Positions 28,267-38,673 of a stretch of 64,000 bases of DNA are shown in pieces; within the stretch, counting starts at the first letter, position 1; the number at the start of each line of letters is the position of its first letter. Source of the DNA: a bacterium (GTDB lineage Bacteria > Patescibacteriota > Andersenbacteria > UBA10190 > CAIZMI01). The notes beneath the pieces are model-generated. The model saw nothing but the letters and a program-made list of their open reading frames with translations. It had not been told where the DNA came from and searched no databases. The position numbers and the translations under genes were made by a program. The stretch is from contig JAUSJG010000008.1 of assembly GCA_030647555.1 (NCBI GenBank), positions 65,467 to 129,466 on the forward strand, given 5' to 3'.

Positions 28267-28999
28267 GTACGTTATTCGTTTAGATGACATTTGTCCCACA
28301 ATGAACTGGGATAATTTCCTAAAACTAGAAAGTATTTTTAGAAAATATAATGTCAAACCAATTATTGGCGTCGTGCCGGATAATGTGGATAAAAAATTAA
28401 TGGTACAACTGCCATTGGAAAATTTTTGGTCCATAATTAAGGGATTATTGCAAGAAGGATGGGTGGTCGCCCAGCATGGTTATCAGCATAAATACATTAA
28501 TCAAGAAGGAGGCCTACTAAAAATTAGCAGACAAAGTGAATTTGCTGGCTGTTCTTACGATGAACAACTGATCAAAATACGGGCCGGTAAAGAAATATTG
28601 GAACGCGAATTAGACACAAAGATTGAATGGTGGATGGCTCCGGCACACAGTTTTGACGAACAAACTTGTAACGCGTTAAGAGAGGTGGGATTTAAATACA
28701 TAACGGATGGAATTGCAGTGTATCCTTTTAAGAAGTTTGGTCTTATTTGGGTACCGCAGCAATTATGGAGACCCAGGAAGAAACTGATTGGTGTGTGGAC
28801 AATATGTGTGCATCCGAACACAATAGATGATATTTACATACAACAACTGGAATTTTTTATCAGGAAAAATATAAATAATATTCACACTGATTATGCAAAG
28901 TTAGTTGTTAGCGGTAATAGTAATATAATAAATAAGGTATACAGATATTTTTGGACCATAGGGTTTAGATTATATAAACTTTTAATCAAAAAAACATGA
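28241..28999 (+). CDS. putative polysaccharide deacetylase-like protein (DUF2334-like)
   Basis: 'RLDDICPTMNWDNF...KPIIGVVPDN...HGYQH' pattern. The ORF track begins at a TTG (28220). In-frame ATGs lie at 28241 and 28256. Confidence 0.4.
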   Translation: MSSFCMGAKYVIRLDDICPTMNWDNFLKLESIFRKYNVKPIIGVVPDNVDKKLMVQLPLENFWSIIKGLLQEGWVVAQHGYQHKYINQEGGLLKISRQSEFAGCSYDEQLIKIRAGKEILERELDTKIEWWMAPAHSFDEQTCNALREVGFKYITDGIAVYPFKKFGLIWVPQQLWRPRKKLIGVWTICVHPNTIDDIYIQQLEFFIRKNINNIHTDYAKLVVSGNSNIINKVYRYFWTIGFRLYKLLIKKT

Positions 29000-29721
29000 G
29001 CGAAAAATATACGCGGAAAGACTTTTTTTATACAGATCCTGCCGCATATGACAACAGAGTAAAATTACCCATTGAAAATTTTATAGCCTCTTGTTGGAAT
29101 CCAATTTTGTTAAATTACTTAGAAAAAGAAATAAAAGACGGGATCACCGTTGCAGATTTAGGTTGTGGGACGTTTATTCATACAAAACATATGGGTATGG
29201 CCGCACGTGTTTACGCAGTCGATATTAATCGCGAAATGTTAGATTATGGAATGCCAAAAATCGAGACGATTAAAGAAAAGGTAACTGTGCTTTGCGAAAG
29301 TGGAACCAAAACCAGTATTCCCTCCGATTCTTGTAATTTGGTTTGGATTGATGGTTTGTCTGAATTTATAAATTTGTCTGATCTTTTTATTGAGGTGAGA
29401 AGAATTTTAAAAAAAGACGGAAAGTTTATAATTTTATATCCAAACTTGTTGCATCCAGAAAATATTATTGTGGTCGCTTATTATTGGTTTCTAAACCGCG
29501 ACGGAAAAAAATACAGAACTATCTATGAGTTTAAAAAAACCGGTATCGCAAACGGTTTTGGCCTCATTGATTTTCAAAGCACGGCGGTATTTATCTATTT
29601 ACCGGGATTCATTCAAAAATACCTCTTGGGACTATGGGGATTTATGACAAAACTATATCAGCCATTTCAGAAAAAGTTTCCAATTGGAAATAATATCATT
29701 TGCACCTTTGTTAAAAGATAA
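28996..29721 (+). CDS. class I SAM-dependent methyltransferase
   Basis: 'VADLGCGTF' motif I and 'KDGKFIILYP' motif. Confidence 0.65.
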   Translation: MSEKYTRKDFFYTDPAAYDNRVKLPIENFIASCWNPILLNYLEKEIKDGITVADLGCGTFIHTKHMGMAARVYAVDINREMLDYGMPKIETIKEKVTVLCESGTKTSIPSDSCNLVWIDGLSEFINLSDLFIEVRRILKKDGKFIILYPNLLHPENIIVVAYYWFLNRDGKKYRTIYEFKKTGIANGFGLIDFQSTAVFIYLPGFIQKYLLGLWGFMTKLYQPFQKKFPIGNNIICTFVKR

Positions 29722-29761
29722 TTATTTATGAAGTGGCCAACTTGTGGATTAAACGAAGATA

Positions 29762-31336
29762 TTATTGGTTTAGTAATCGTGTAATAAATTTTAACAAGTC
29801 AATTTTTTTGACTGTTTCGCGGTTACCGACAATTTGTACGGCCATTGCGCCAACGGCATTACCAATGAATGCCACCATATCGTGTGGTAGGCCAGCGGCA
29901 TAGCAGGGTGCGGCAAAGGCGAAAAAGGCATCTCCAGCACCGACTGGGTCGACCACATTGGTGGCCAGTGCCGGTGTTTCCATAAAGCCATGTTTTTTTG
30001 AAAAGGAAAGTGAACCTTTTGGGCCACGTGTCGCTAAAAGCATCTCGCAATTCATTGTTGACTGTGTTTGTGATACTAGTTTGGATAAATTACTAAAACG
30101 ATCATGTGTGGCGTATCTCAATTCCATTTCATCAATGCAGATCATGTCTGCGTGAGGATATTTCGTAATTAGATTGAAACCGGTATTGGCGCTATTAGTC
30201 TGAACATTTAGTGCGAGTTTTTTAGCAGTATTACAAATAATATTAATTAAATTTGGCGTGATAAAACCATGGCCAAAATCGTTGATGATTATAAGATCGA
30301 ATGATTTCGCGTTTGTGACAAGATATGAAGCGACATCGGACTCGATTTTTTCGGATATCGGGTTATCGTTAAAAAAACAAATTTCAAAAAGTTTTCGATT
30401 GTGGGCATCGCTTATATAGCGTCTCTTGGTTGTTGTTTCAGCATCCTCGCGATAAAAGAAGTTTAGTTTAATTTCGGGGTGCATTCTTTCGCGAATGAAT
30501 TGTTCTCGGGAGTTTAATCTGCCAAGAATGGTAAGTAGCGAGACGTTATTGCAAATATTGCTCACGTGATTGGCTGTTGCTAGTACTCCGCCAGCAAAAG
30601 ATTCCTCGGAAAGATACTTGTTGGTTATAATGGGTTCCTTGCCCGATTTATTAAGAGGTTGACAATAGTGGTATTCATCAATGATTGCGTCGCCAATAAC
30701 CAGGATCCTAAGATTATCAATTTTTTTCATCTCGTCTGAAATTATTGCGGCTGTGTAACGTTGTGAAAAATCTCTCAAGAAGATGCGTTGTTCGGGTGAG
30801 TAAACATCCAAATAATTATTGATGAGTTTGGATGAGCTGAATGATTGGTCGTCTGTAATAACAAGTTTTCCTCCAATCGCCGTTATGTTTTTTTCATCTT
30901 CAGATATTTGTCCAGTAACATCTTTCGATTTTTCTTTGTAATCCGGTCCTTTGGCGTAAAAATTCGGACGAACTTGTTTTATAATATTTTCTGCCGTTGC
31001 TTCGTTTACCACAACAACAAAATCAATAACGGAAAGTGCCGCCAGGGTTTCAGCGCGAATAATTTGGTTGAAAATAGGCCTGCCAGGGCCTCTTTTAACA
31101 AATTCGTCTGCCGTAAGCGAAACAATGAGAACGTCTCCGAACTTTTTTGCGGATTGAAAGTGTTTAATATGGCCGGGATGAACCAGGTCGAACACGCCAT
31201 GGCAGTGCACAATTTTTTTATTTTGCTGTCTTAACGAGTCGGTAATTCCGGCTATTTGATCAAAATCTTTAATTTTCTCCTCGAGATCCTGATTGGTCAT
31301 GTTGTGGAGGATAAACAATAGGGACAATTTAGGCAA
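29762..31336 (-). CDS. bifunctional sugar-phosphate nucleotidyltransferase (cytidylyltransferase-like, N-terminal) / PfkB-family carbohydrate kinase (C-terminal); HldE-like with reversed domain order
   Basis: N-terminus: 'HCHGVFDLVHPGHIKHF' (HxGH nucleotidyltransferase) and 'AETLAALSVIDFVVV'. C-terminus: 'DPVGAGDAFFAFAA' PfkB signature. 524 aa. Confidence 0.65.
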   Translation of the reverse strand: MPKLSLLFILHNMTNQDLEEKIKDFDQIAGITDSLRQQNKKIVHCHGVFDLVHPGHIKHFQSAKKFGDVLIVSLTADEFVKRGPGRPIFNQIIRAETLAALSVIDFVVVVNEATAENIIKQVRPNFYAKGPDYKEKSKDVTGQISEDEKNITAIGGKLVITDDQSFSSSKLINNYLDVYSPEQRIFLRDFSQRYTAAIISDEMKKIDNLRILVIGDAIIDEYHYCQPLNKSGKEPIITNKYLSEESFAGGVLATANHVSNICNNVSLLTILGRLNSREQFIRERMHPEIKLNFFYREDAETTTKRRYISDAHNRKLFEICFFNDNPISEKIESDVASYLVTNAKSFDLIIINDFGHGFITPNLINIICNTAKKLALNVQTNSANTGFNLITKYPHADMICIDEMELRYATHDRFSNLSKLVSQTQSTMNCEMLLATRGPKGSLSFSKKHGFMETPALATNVVDPVGAGDAFFAFAAPCYAAGLPHDMVAFIGNAVGAMAVQIVGNRETVKKIDLLKFITRLLNQ

Positions 31337-31350
31337 TAGTGCATGAAACG

Positions 31351-32649
31351 CTATAATGACACGAAAACTTCGTGTATTTTTAGGCAGCGATTTTGTGCCG
31401 TATGATCTCGTAGTGTTCTTCTTTTTCCCGCATCGGCAATTGCCTGCCTTTGTTTTTCATCGTGTAGTAAAAAATTAACTTTCTCAATTGCTTCGGGGAT
31501 AGATTCATAACTTACGATTTCTCTGTCTTTTTCAAAAAGCGAGGCAGCTTCGTTTGCTCTGTCTGTTAATAAACAGGCACCCATTCCAGTGGTTTCAAAA
31601 GTTCTAATATTGGCGAATTCTGTTTTATCAACACGATGTCTGTTAAAAACAATGCGGGAATTATAAATAAGTTCGAAATAATCCATACCAAAACGAGGGG
31701 GAAAACAACGTTCCGGATAAAGAGAACTTAAGGGTTTGTGTTTTTTCCAGTTAAATAAACAAGAACCGGACGGATCTTGTTTTTTGCGGATTGAATAACC
31801 AATGAGGTGTCCGATTCGTTCATCGTGTCGTGAAATTTTTAATGATAGAAAAAAATTGAGGGTGTTCAGGTCAAGATGTGTTAGTAAAGAGGCGGCTGAG
31901 CGAATTAAATTTGTTTTTAATGAAAGTGTTTCTTCTTTAGTCCAGATTTGCAGCGGTGTTTTGTTGAGTAGTTCTTTTAGATCAAAGTATCGATCTCTAT
32001 GCTCGTCGATTCCATAGCCAGTTGTTCCTGGGAAAATAAAATCATTTTTTTTGTGTGAAACATTATTTGGGATTATACGTTCACTAAGCGTATCATCAAA
32101 ACATAAATGATTTAAATGACTGTGTATGCCGATTTTTTCGAAAGAGTATTTTAGGGCTGGGTAGGTACAAAAAATCAGGTCGAGATCATTGAAGTCGGAA
32201 TATTGATGATTTCCGTTCAACTCGTCACCCCACAAGCCCGTAATAATTTTTACAAACGGGAATAGTTGTTTAATGTTTTTTCTAAGTGCATGTGTGATCG
32301 TGAGAAAACCGCCTCTTTCAAAATAAATAATGTCAGGACGATAGTATTTGATTTGCATAAGAAAAATATCGGTCAAAGAATATTTTTTAGAAAAAGTAGT
32401 TAATCCGGCGTTTTCTTGTATCCATTGCTCTTGTAAAAGTGTAAAATCTGGAACGACGTCAATTGCTTGATTACCAAGATTTTGTATATGAGTTGACCAG
32501 CTACCTGGTGTTAAAAAACCGGATGTTTGAAAAGCAGATAGAGTGCTAGCATAATCCTTTGAGTTGGTACTTTTTTCGTTAAAGTATTTGTTAAATGAAA
32601 ATAGGTATGGTTTTGCCGCACAGACGCGCATGATAGAATAATTCTTCAT
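31351..32649 (-). CDS. CgeB-like GT-B glycosyltransferase family protein (Glyco_trans_1_2-type C-terminus)
   Basis: C-terminal 'RTFETTGMGACLLTDRANEAASLFEKDREIVSYESIPEAIEKVNFLLHDEKQRQAIADAG'. Confidence 0.45.
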   Translation of the reverse strand: MKNYSIMRVCAAKPYLFSFNKYFNEKSTNSKDYASTLSAFQTSGFLTPGSWSTHIQNLGNQAIDVVPDFTLLQEQWIQENAGLTTFSKKYSLTDIFLMQIKYYRPDIIYFERGGFLTITHALRKNIKQLFPFVKIITGLWGDELNGNHQYSDFNDLDLIFCTYPALKYSFEKIGIHSHLNHLCFDDTLSERIIPNNVSHKKNDFIFPGTTGYGIDEHRDRYFDLKELLNKTPLQIWTKEETLSLKTNLIRSAASLLTHLDLNTLNFFLSLKISRHDERIGHLIGYSIRKKQDPSGSCLFNWKKHKPLSSLYPERCFPPRFGMDYFELIYNSRIVFNRHRVDKTEFANIRTFETTGMGACLLTDRANEAASLFEKDREIVSYESIPEAIEKVNFLLHDEKQRQAIADAGKRRTLRDHTAQNRCLKIHEVFVSL

Positions 32650-33359
32650 TGAGCGGATTGATCAAAAAAGAAGACTGAATTTACGGTTTTAGCAAATGGA
32701 ATGTAGGCTTGGCCAACAAGAAACCTGGTAAGTTCATCGTTTAAAACTTCAGTTAGCGGCAAGTTTCCACGGCCTTCCGGTCCAAGGCATTCGGCGACAA
32801 TTATTTTTGGTCGATATTTCTCCCAATTGTTTGAAGAAAGAGCGTTTAGTTCTCCCCCCTCAATATCGATGGAAAGAAAGTCGATTGTGGTGTCTGGTGG
32901 CAGATGTTGAAAAAAAATATTTTCCAATGTTGTCTCATTAACGCTGATAATACGATCAAAATTGTATCCCTGGTTTTTGCGAAATTCGGCCATATTACTA
33001 TCAAGAGTGTTTATTGCTCCATGGCTTCCATTAAACCGATAAAAATTCGTCACGCCCGTGTTTTTTCCAACTGCAAAATGCAAATTAACGTCACGCCGAC
33101 GGCAGGTTTTGAACTTCTGGATAGTTGATTCATTTGCATCAACATTGATGCCTCGCCATCCTTTTTTATAAAATAAATACGTATTTGATATTTTTTTGGG
33201 GTGATAAGCGCCAATATCTACAAAAAAACCCTTCTTCTGATTTTCAAAAACTCGTGCTAAAATCGCATCTTCACCGTCTTGGGAATAAAACTTTTTGGCA
33301 GGACCTTTTATAGTATCCCATGTTTTTCCAAGCACTGTTCTAATTTTTTTTGTATTCAT
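32646..33359 (-). CDS. FkbM-family methyltransferase
   Basis: 'SQDGEDAILARVF...GFFVDIGAYHP...INVDANES...LSIDIEGGE' motifs. Confidence 0.7.
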   Translation of the reverse strand: MNTKKIRTVLGKTWDTIKGPAKKFYSQDGEDAILARVFENQKKGFFVDIGAYHPKKISNTYLFYKKGWRGINVDANESTIQKFKTCRRRDVNLHFAVGKNTGVTNFYRFNGSHGAINTLDSNMAEFRKNQGYNFDRIISVNETTLENIFFQHLPPDTTIDFLSIDIEGGELNALSSNNWEKYRPKIIVAECLGPEGRGNLPLTEVLNDELTRFLVGQAYIPFAKTVNSVFFFDQSAQ

Positions 33360-33403
33360 ATATTAAGTATTATTTATTAAAGTTTTTAATAGCAATAAGA
33401 ACC

Positions 33404-34708
33404 TTAGTTAACTATTTTAAGAAAGGAAGATTCCAGAAGTCCCTTGTGTTTCATTAAAAAATTTTGGCTAATACGAGATTTTGCGTATTTTAACCAGCCA
33501 TTTGGATCTAATTGATTAAAAAGTTTTTGTTCATTTGTGATTGGTAATAATTTTTCGTTAGAAGAAATAAGTTCTTTTAGACCGGTTAAAATCTCTTCTG
33601 ATGAAGCGTTAATAGCCATGAATTTATCTTTTGGAAAAATTTCATTGTATTTATCTGGTAAACTATGATAAAGATTGGCTTGGTCGACAAAGTCAAGCAA
33701 TTTGCCTGTAGTATCGGCGATTAATGTCGGTATTTGAATACATGATTCTGAAAATGGGGGCTTAAAAATATGCCACGAATTAAGAAAAAGACAAGGAGTA
33801 TTAAAGCAATCCGCCAAATAAGAAATACCAGAACCGGCCGTAATGGCTAGTTTGGCCAGACAAAAAAGGGAGAGGTCGTTTTGAAAGTTCGCTTCGTTGG
33901 AATTGGCGTAGTTGTAGATATTATATTGTTTAAAAATTTCCGGCATTTTTTCGCGACCGACAAATACTATAAAAAAGTTATTATTTAATAAATAATTGAT
34001 AGCTGGTAAATACGTATCAGGGTTGGTCACGCAAGCTGTCGCGTTAACAATGTCTGTTTTAATGTGAATGAGGGCGATCTTCTTATTTGTCGTATCAAAA
34101 GAGCCGTTAAATTTTATTTCCTTGATGTGGGATCTTAATAAAAAAAAATTGGGGGTTAATGAACGTCTTCTGTACCAATCAATCCAATATTGATGAGTTT
34201 CTTTTTTTGAAACTAGATATTGATTAGTTTGCCAACGAGGTGGCAAAGAATTGTGCTCGCGATCAGGTAAATACCACTTACAGCGAGAGAGCCCAGCGTC
34301 TAGTGTGATATTTCTGTAGCGCATAAGCATCGGCAAGATCAAACAATAAAAAATATTAGATGAGGAAGAAAAAGCAAAAAGATTACCATACAGTTTAACA
34401 ATAGTACGACAAAAATCATTATTTCTTCTAATCATAATATATTTAATTTTTGGATTCAGTTCTTTTAAAGTGCGTGCACGAAAAAAATTGTCTAATACGG
34501 GAATATTGTCTCCAACACCATCCGCAATGTTGAATAGAAAACGATAATTAGTTTTTAAAAAGAATACGTAAAACGGCCAATAAATAAAGAAAAGATATTT
34601 TGAAATAAATGGCGCAATAGTTACTTCAAAGTAATACATTAATAAAATAATTATGCGACTTGGTAGTTTTTTAAAAAAAGATTTATTAATTTCAATTTTC
34701 ATAACCAT
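33404..34708 (-). CDS. putative GT-B glycosyltransferase (GT9/TIGR04372-like), hypothetical
   Basis: 434 aa. The central region 'IALIHIKTDIV...FFIVFVGREKMPE...LAITAGSGISYLADCFNTPCLFLNSW' resembles a heptosyltransferase-like Rossmann core. It is translationally coupled to the Wzt gene. Confidence 0.35.
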   Translation of the reverse strand: MVMKIEINKSFFKKLPSRIIILLMYYFEVTIAPFISKYLFFIYWPFYVFFLKTNYRFLFNIADGVGDNIPVLDNFFRARTLKELNPKIKYIMIRRNNDFCRTIVKLYGNLFAFSSSSNIFYCLILPMLMRYRNITLDAGLSRCKWYLPDREHNSLPPRWQTNQYLVSKKETHQYWIDWYRRRSLTPNFFLLRSHIKEIKFNGSFDTTNKKIALIHIKTDIVNATACVTNPDTYLPAINYLLNNNFFIVFVGREKMPEIFKQYNIYNYANSNEANFQNDLSLFCLAKLAITAGSGISYLADCFNTPCLFLNSWHIFKPPFSESCIQIPTLIADTTGKLLDFVDQANLYHSLPDKYNEIFPKDKFMAINASSEEILTGLKELISSNEKLLPITNEQKLFNQLDPNGWLKYAKSRISQNFLMKHKGLLESSFLKIVN

Positions 34709-35972
34709 TGATCTTCCATGAATGATCGGCGACGATTAGGTTTTGTTTGCCCGCAATGTGGCCGGTTCCAAAGTAGTCTCCCGGCTCAACAGAAAACATT
34801 CCGGCCTGAAGGATATAGTCTTCAACCTCCTCTCCAGATCTTGTGGTAACAAGTAAACTGTAATAAAAATCCCCACTATTCAATCCTAGTTGAGGAATAA
34901 TACACTCAATTTTGCCATGACGCGGGATCGTTTTTAAATGATCATTGCCTAAGGTAGCAAGAGTATTAAAGTTGGTAAGTAAAGTATTGTGTGCGGTAAA
35001 AACGCAAAAACTGAATGAAAAATTTGAAGCGTCTATTTCATCTCGCTGGTTATACAGAGCGACGATTTTCATGTTTTCTCCTGATATCACTTGCGTTACT
35101 CTTCTATTGGATCCGTTTTCAACCCAGGTTTCAGTAAAACGAATTCCGCCACGGCCTTTGCGGTCGTGACGATCATTCAAACTTACAGAAAGCGAGTTTT
35201 TTATTCTCGAAATATATAAATCTATTATTTTTCGTGATGCTCCGTCAGCAATTAATTCGCCTTTGTCAAGCAGAAGGCACCTATTGCATAGCAGTGCCAA
35301 ACTTTCTAATTGATGGCTTACATAAATTACAGTGCGTCCGTTGGCGGCAATATTATCCATTTTTCCCAGACATTTTTTTTGGAACTCAATGTCACCAACA
35401 GACAAAACCTCGTCTACTACGAGGATTTCGGGGTCAAGGTTGGCGGCAACCGCAAAAGCTAAGCGCGTATACATACCGCTCGAATATCTTTTAATGGGGG
35501 TGTCAATAAATTTAGTTATTTCAGCAAATTCAACGATTTCATCAAATTTTTTATCAATTTCCCGTTTTTTCATGCCCAATACCGAACCATTGAGATATAT
35601 ATTTTCCCGTCCGGTTAACTCCGGATGAAACCCTGTTCCGACTTCCAATAAACTGGCGACTCTTCCGCGCATAATGATTTGTCCGTAAGTGGGATCGGTA
35701 ATTCTACTTAGTATCTTTAGTAAAGTACTTTTACCGGCGCCATTGCGACCAATAATACCGACAGCTTCTCCGCGTGCGATTGAAAACGAGATGTCTTTAA
35801 GTGCCCAAAAATCTTCAGTTTTTTTATTTTGGTTTTTGAAACCGCTTTTTAGGTAATTAAGAGGTTTTTTAATTGTGTGCAATAGTGAATCGCTTAGGGT
35901 GTGATACATTTCACGGTGTTCACCGATTTTGTATCGTTTTGCGATTTTTTCAGCGGAAATAATTGGTTCCAT
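34692..35972 (-). CDS. wzt: ABC transporter ATP-binding protein, Wzt/TagH-type polysaccharide exporter with C-terminal extension
   Basis: Walker A 'GRNGAGKST', signature 'YSSGMYTRLAFA', Walker B 'LVVDEVLSVGD'. An extra ~170 aa lie beyond the nucleotide-binding domain, as in O-antigen-binding Wzt. Confidence 0.8.
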   Translation of the reverse strand: MEPIISAEKIAKRYKIGEHREMYHTLSDSLLHTIKKPLNYLKSGFKNQNKKTEDFWALKDISFSIARGEAVGIIGRNGAGKSTLLKILSRITDPTYGQIIMRGRVASLLEVGTGFHPELTGRENIYLNGSVLGMKKREIDKKFDEIVEFAEITKFIDTPIKRYSSGMYTRLAFAVAANLDPEILVVDEVLSVGDIEFQKKCLGKMDNIAANGRTVIYVSHQLESLALLCNRCLLLDKGELIADGASRKIIDLYISRIKNSLSVSLNDRHDRKGRGGIRFTETWVENGSNRRVTQVISGENMKIVALYNQRDEIDASNFSFSFCVFTAHNTLLTNFNTLATLGNDHLKTIPRHGKIECIIPQLGLNSGDFYYSLLVTTRSGEEVEDYILQAGMFSVEPGDYFGTGHIAGKQNLIVADHSWKINGYEN

Positions 35973-35975
35973 AAA

Positions 35976-36806
35976 TCAAATAATGTCGGCAAAGGATCTC
36001 TCTTTGTAGCGAAAATACAAGAGTCCAACGAAGAACAATATCACGGCGCTTAAGAAAGAAATAAGCAATATGGGGGTGTCAAATGGTTTATTAAGGATTG
36101 CCGAACGAAAACCCTCGATGACGCCTGTCATTGGGTTAAACGCAAGAAGCCAACGCCAAGTTTTTGGTACGATTGTGACGGGGTAGAGAACAGGACTGAC
36201 GAACATCCACAATTGAACCAGAAACGTAACAACATAACGAAAATCTCTGTAGGCGACTGTTAGGGCGGAAAGAATCAGTCCAACACCTAAAGCGGATCCA
36301 ATCATAATAATAACAAGAAGGGGTAATAATAAAATGCCAAGAGTTAGACTAATTTTATAATAGAAAAGCATTGCTATTAAGATGATAAAGGAAATACAGA
36401 AATCGAGCAGTTCTACACCAACAACAGAAGATGGAATAATTATGCGTGGAAAATACACTTTTGTAATAAGACGTTCATCTTCGATAATACTGGTGCCTGA
36501 AAAACGGATTACGTTGGAAAAAAAAGTCCAAGGAAGTAAACCGGAATAAACAAAAATTGGATATGGAACCGAATCTGATGGTATTTTTGCTAGAGTTCCA
36601 AAAAAAATGCTAAAAACCACCATTGTGAGAAAGGGTTGTATTATCGCCCATGTCGCTCCGATTGCAGTTTGTTTGTAGCGTACCTTAATATTGCGTAAAG
36701 CAATAAAGAGTAGTAAATCACGGTAATAAAACAGCTCGTGCAAATCAAACGCGGCGAGGCCACGTTTAGCTTTTATTATATAGTAACTTTTTTCTTTATT
36801 GTTCAT
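35976..36806 (-). CDS. wzm: ABC-2 type transporter permease (Wzm/TagG-like)
   Basis: 'ALRNIKVRYKQTAIGATWAIIQPFLTMVVFSIFFG' ABC-2 signature and six TM helices. The likely start is ATG 36806 ('MNNKEK'), overlapping the upstream stop as ATGA. Confidence 0.75.
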   Translation of the reverse strand: MNNKEKSYYIIKAKRGLAAFDLHELFYYRDLLLFIALRNIKVRYKQTAIGATWAIIQPFLTMVVFSIFFGTLAKIPSDSVPYPIFVYSGLLPWTFFSNVIRFSGTSIIEDERLITKVYFPRIIIPSSVVGVELLDFCISFIILIAMLFYYKISLTLGILLLPLLVIIMIGSALGVGLILSALTVAYRDFRYVVTFLVQLWMFVSPVLYPVTIVPKTWRWLLAFNPMTGVIEGFRSAILNKPFDTPILLISFLSAVILFFVGLLYFRYKERSFADII

Positions 36807-37651
36807 AAAACAAAACTGATAATGTATCTTGCGAAGATGTATAATCGATATCGACGATGCCATTTATGTACGTATTTTTCAGGAAAAATATCTCTATAAA
36901 ACCCAGTTCGCATTTTTTGGGTTGCCAGTTTTAAACTGCTAAAATATTGTTTTATGTCATATCTTAGCCCGCCTGAAAAACTTTTTTCCACTAACCGCCA
37001 AGCAACCGCTTTTTCCGAAGAGTAACACACGCCATGTTTTAAACCTATGGCTCGTATTGCAAAAATATCACTGCATGGGCCTAATTCTAAAGGGAAACCA
37101 GCTATTTCTTGTAGGGCCGATCGTCGATAAATCGTTGAGGCACTCCATGAATGCGAGGGTGGTTCTATTTCCAAGCATTCTGTTAAATATACAGTGGGTG
37201 GCGCAAAGCGTGCAGTTTTCCATTTGCGGACTGATGCGATACTTATTTTTTCATCCTTTTCGTTAACGGTAACCATATCGCCGAAAACGATACCTGCCTT
37301 CGGATATTGATAAACCAAATTTATCGCTTGCTCAAAAAAACCGGGTAATACATAGTCATTGGCAGATGCACCGTAAACATAATCCGTGTCGAGTGACTGC
37401 CAACCTTCCTGCAGAGATGCTAACACCCCCTTGTTTTTATTGTGGCGTATCAACTTAATTTGAGGATATTTATTGATATATGTATTGATAGTGATGATAC
37501 TGTTATCGGTTGAACAGTCATCAATTATCAGAAATTTGTCAGGGGGGGTTGATTGCCTCATAATTGCTTCAATGGCGCGTCCAATTGTCGTCGCGTCGTT
37601 GTAATTGGGCATAAAAATCCCGAGCGTTGGCTTAGGATGAATAATAGACAT
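36803..37651 (-). CDS. GT2 family glycosyltransferase
   Basis: 'GIFMPNYNDA', 'IIDDCSTDNS' and 'GDMVTV' motifs. Confidence 0.75.
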   Translation of the reverse strand: MSIIHPKPTLGIFMPNYNDATTIGRAIEAIMRQSTPPDKFLIIDDCSTDNSIITINTYINKYPQIKLIRHNKNKGVLASLQEGWQSLDTDYVYGASANDYVLPGFFEQAINLVYQYPKAGIVFGDMVTVNEKDEKISIASVRKWKTARFAPPTVYLTECLEIEPPSHSWSASTIYRRSALQEIAGFPLELGPCSDIFAIRAIGLKHGVCYSSEKAVAWRLVEKSFSGGLRYDIKQYFSSLKLATQKMRTGFYRDIFPEKYVHKWHRRYRLYIFARYIISFVL

Positions 37652-37776
37652 ATGGGAATGATAGTGGATTCCTATCGTCTGGCAAGTGTGAGTCCTTTTT
37701 TTGGCAAGCCTTATCTTAATAAATTATCATAAATAGTGTATTATTGCTCTATGTATAAATTATCAAAAACCTGAAT

Positions 37777-38673
37777 ATGGGTCTTGCGTTACCGGCTTTA
37801 AAGTATCTCGTAGAGGAGTATAGGAGAAAACCGTTTCCTGGTCCTATTTTGACGCTAGGAAGGCAATGTATTTATGCTACTGAAGGTGAGATACGTCAGT
37901 TATTGATCGAGATGGAAGTAGTGTTAAGAGAACCACCTATTGGGATACAGCGAAATACTAACATCACGGCCTGGAAGAATATTCCATATGCAAAATATGC
38001 CAGTGACCAGCTTTTTTTTGGATTGTTGACTGGTCAAAATGTAGAAACTTTGGATATTTCAAATTATGAAGATGCTGAATATGTTTGGGATTTAAATCAG
38101 CCGGTCCCAGCGGAATGGCGCGGAAAATTCGGAACAGTTATTGACGCTGGCACGAGCGAGCATATTTTTGATGTACGACAGAATTTACAAAATGTTAATA
38201 TTTTGCTCAAAAATGGTGGTAGATTATTTCATTTATCACCCGCCAACAATTATATGGAGCATGGATATTATCAGTTTAGTCCTGTAGTATTTCATGATTA
38301 TTATGGTGTAAACGGATTCGTTGATATGCGATGTATTCTGGTTGAACAACGACCATGGGCATTAATGCGCGGGCATTGGCAAAAATGGGATTGGAGTACC
38401 AAACGTCCGGCGACGAATATTATTTCGCATCAAATGCTAGAAGTTTTTTTTACAGCTGAAAAGGTGTCCAATAGTACGGTTGACAAGACTCCACAACAAG
38501 GGTTTAGTTACGAAATTTCCGATTTCAGCAGGACGCGAGCCGGTCATTTGGGTGGTTTGAAGGCAAAATTATACTATTTTTTGCCGCAAAGTTTAGTAAT
38601 ATTAGCTAAACGTCTACTTGGTTTTGATAAATCCGTAAAGCCGTGGGGCCTTCGCTTTCGCGGTAAACTCTAG
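37777..38673 (+). CDS. putative SAM-dependent methyltransferase-like protein (hypothetical)
   Basis: 'FGTVIDAGTSEHIFDVRQNLQNVNILLKNGGRLFH' resembles methyltransferase motifs II-III. It is monocistronic on the plus strand between two minus operons. Confidence 0.35.
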   Translation: MGLALPALKYLVEEYRRKPFPGPILTLGRQCIYATEGEIRQLLIEMEVVLREPPIGIQRNTNITAWKNIPYAKYASDQLFFGLLTGQNVETLDISNYEDAEYVWDLNQPVPAEWRGKFGTVIDAGTSEHIFDVRQNLQNVNILLKNGGRLFHLSPANNYMEHGYYQFSPVVFHDYYGVNGFVDMRCILVEQRPWALMRGHWQKWDWSTKRPATNIISHQMLEVFFTAEKVSNSTVDKTPQQGFSYEISDFSRTRAGHLGGLKAKLYYFLPQSLVILAKRLLGFDKSVKPWGLRFRGKL

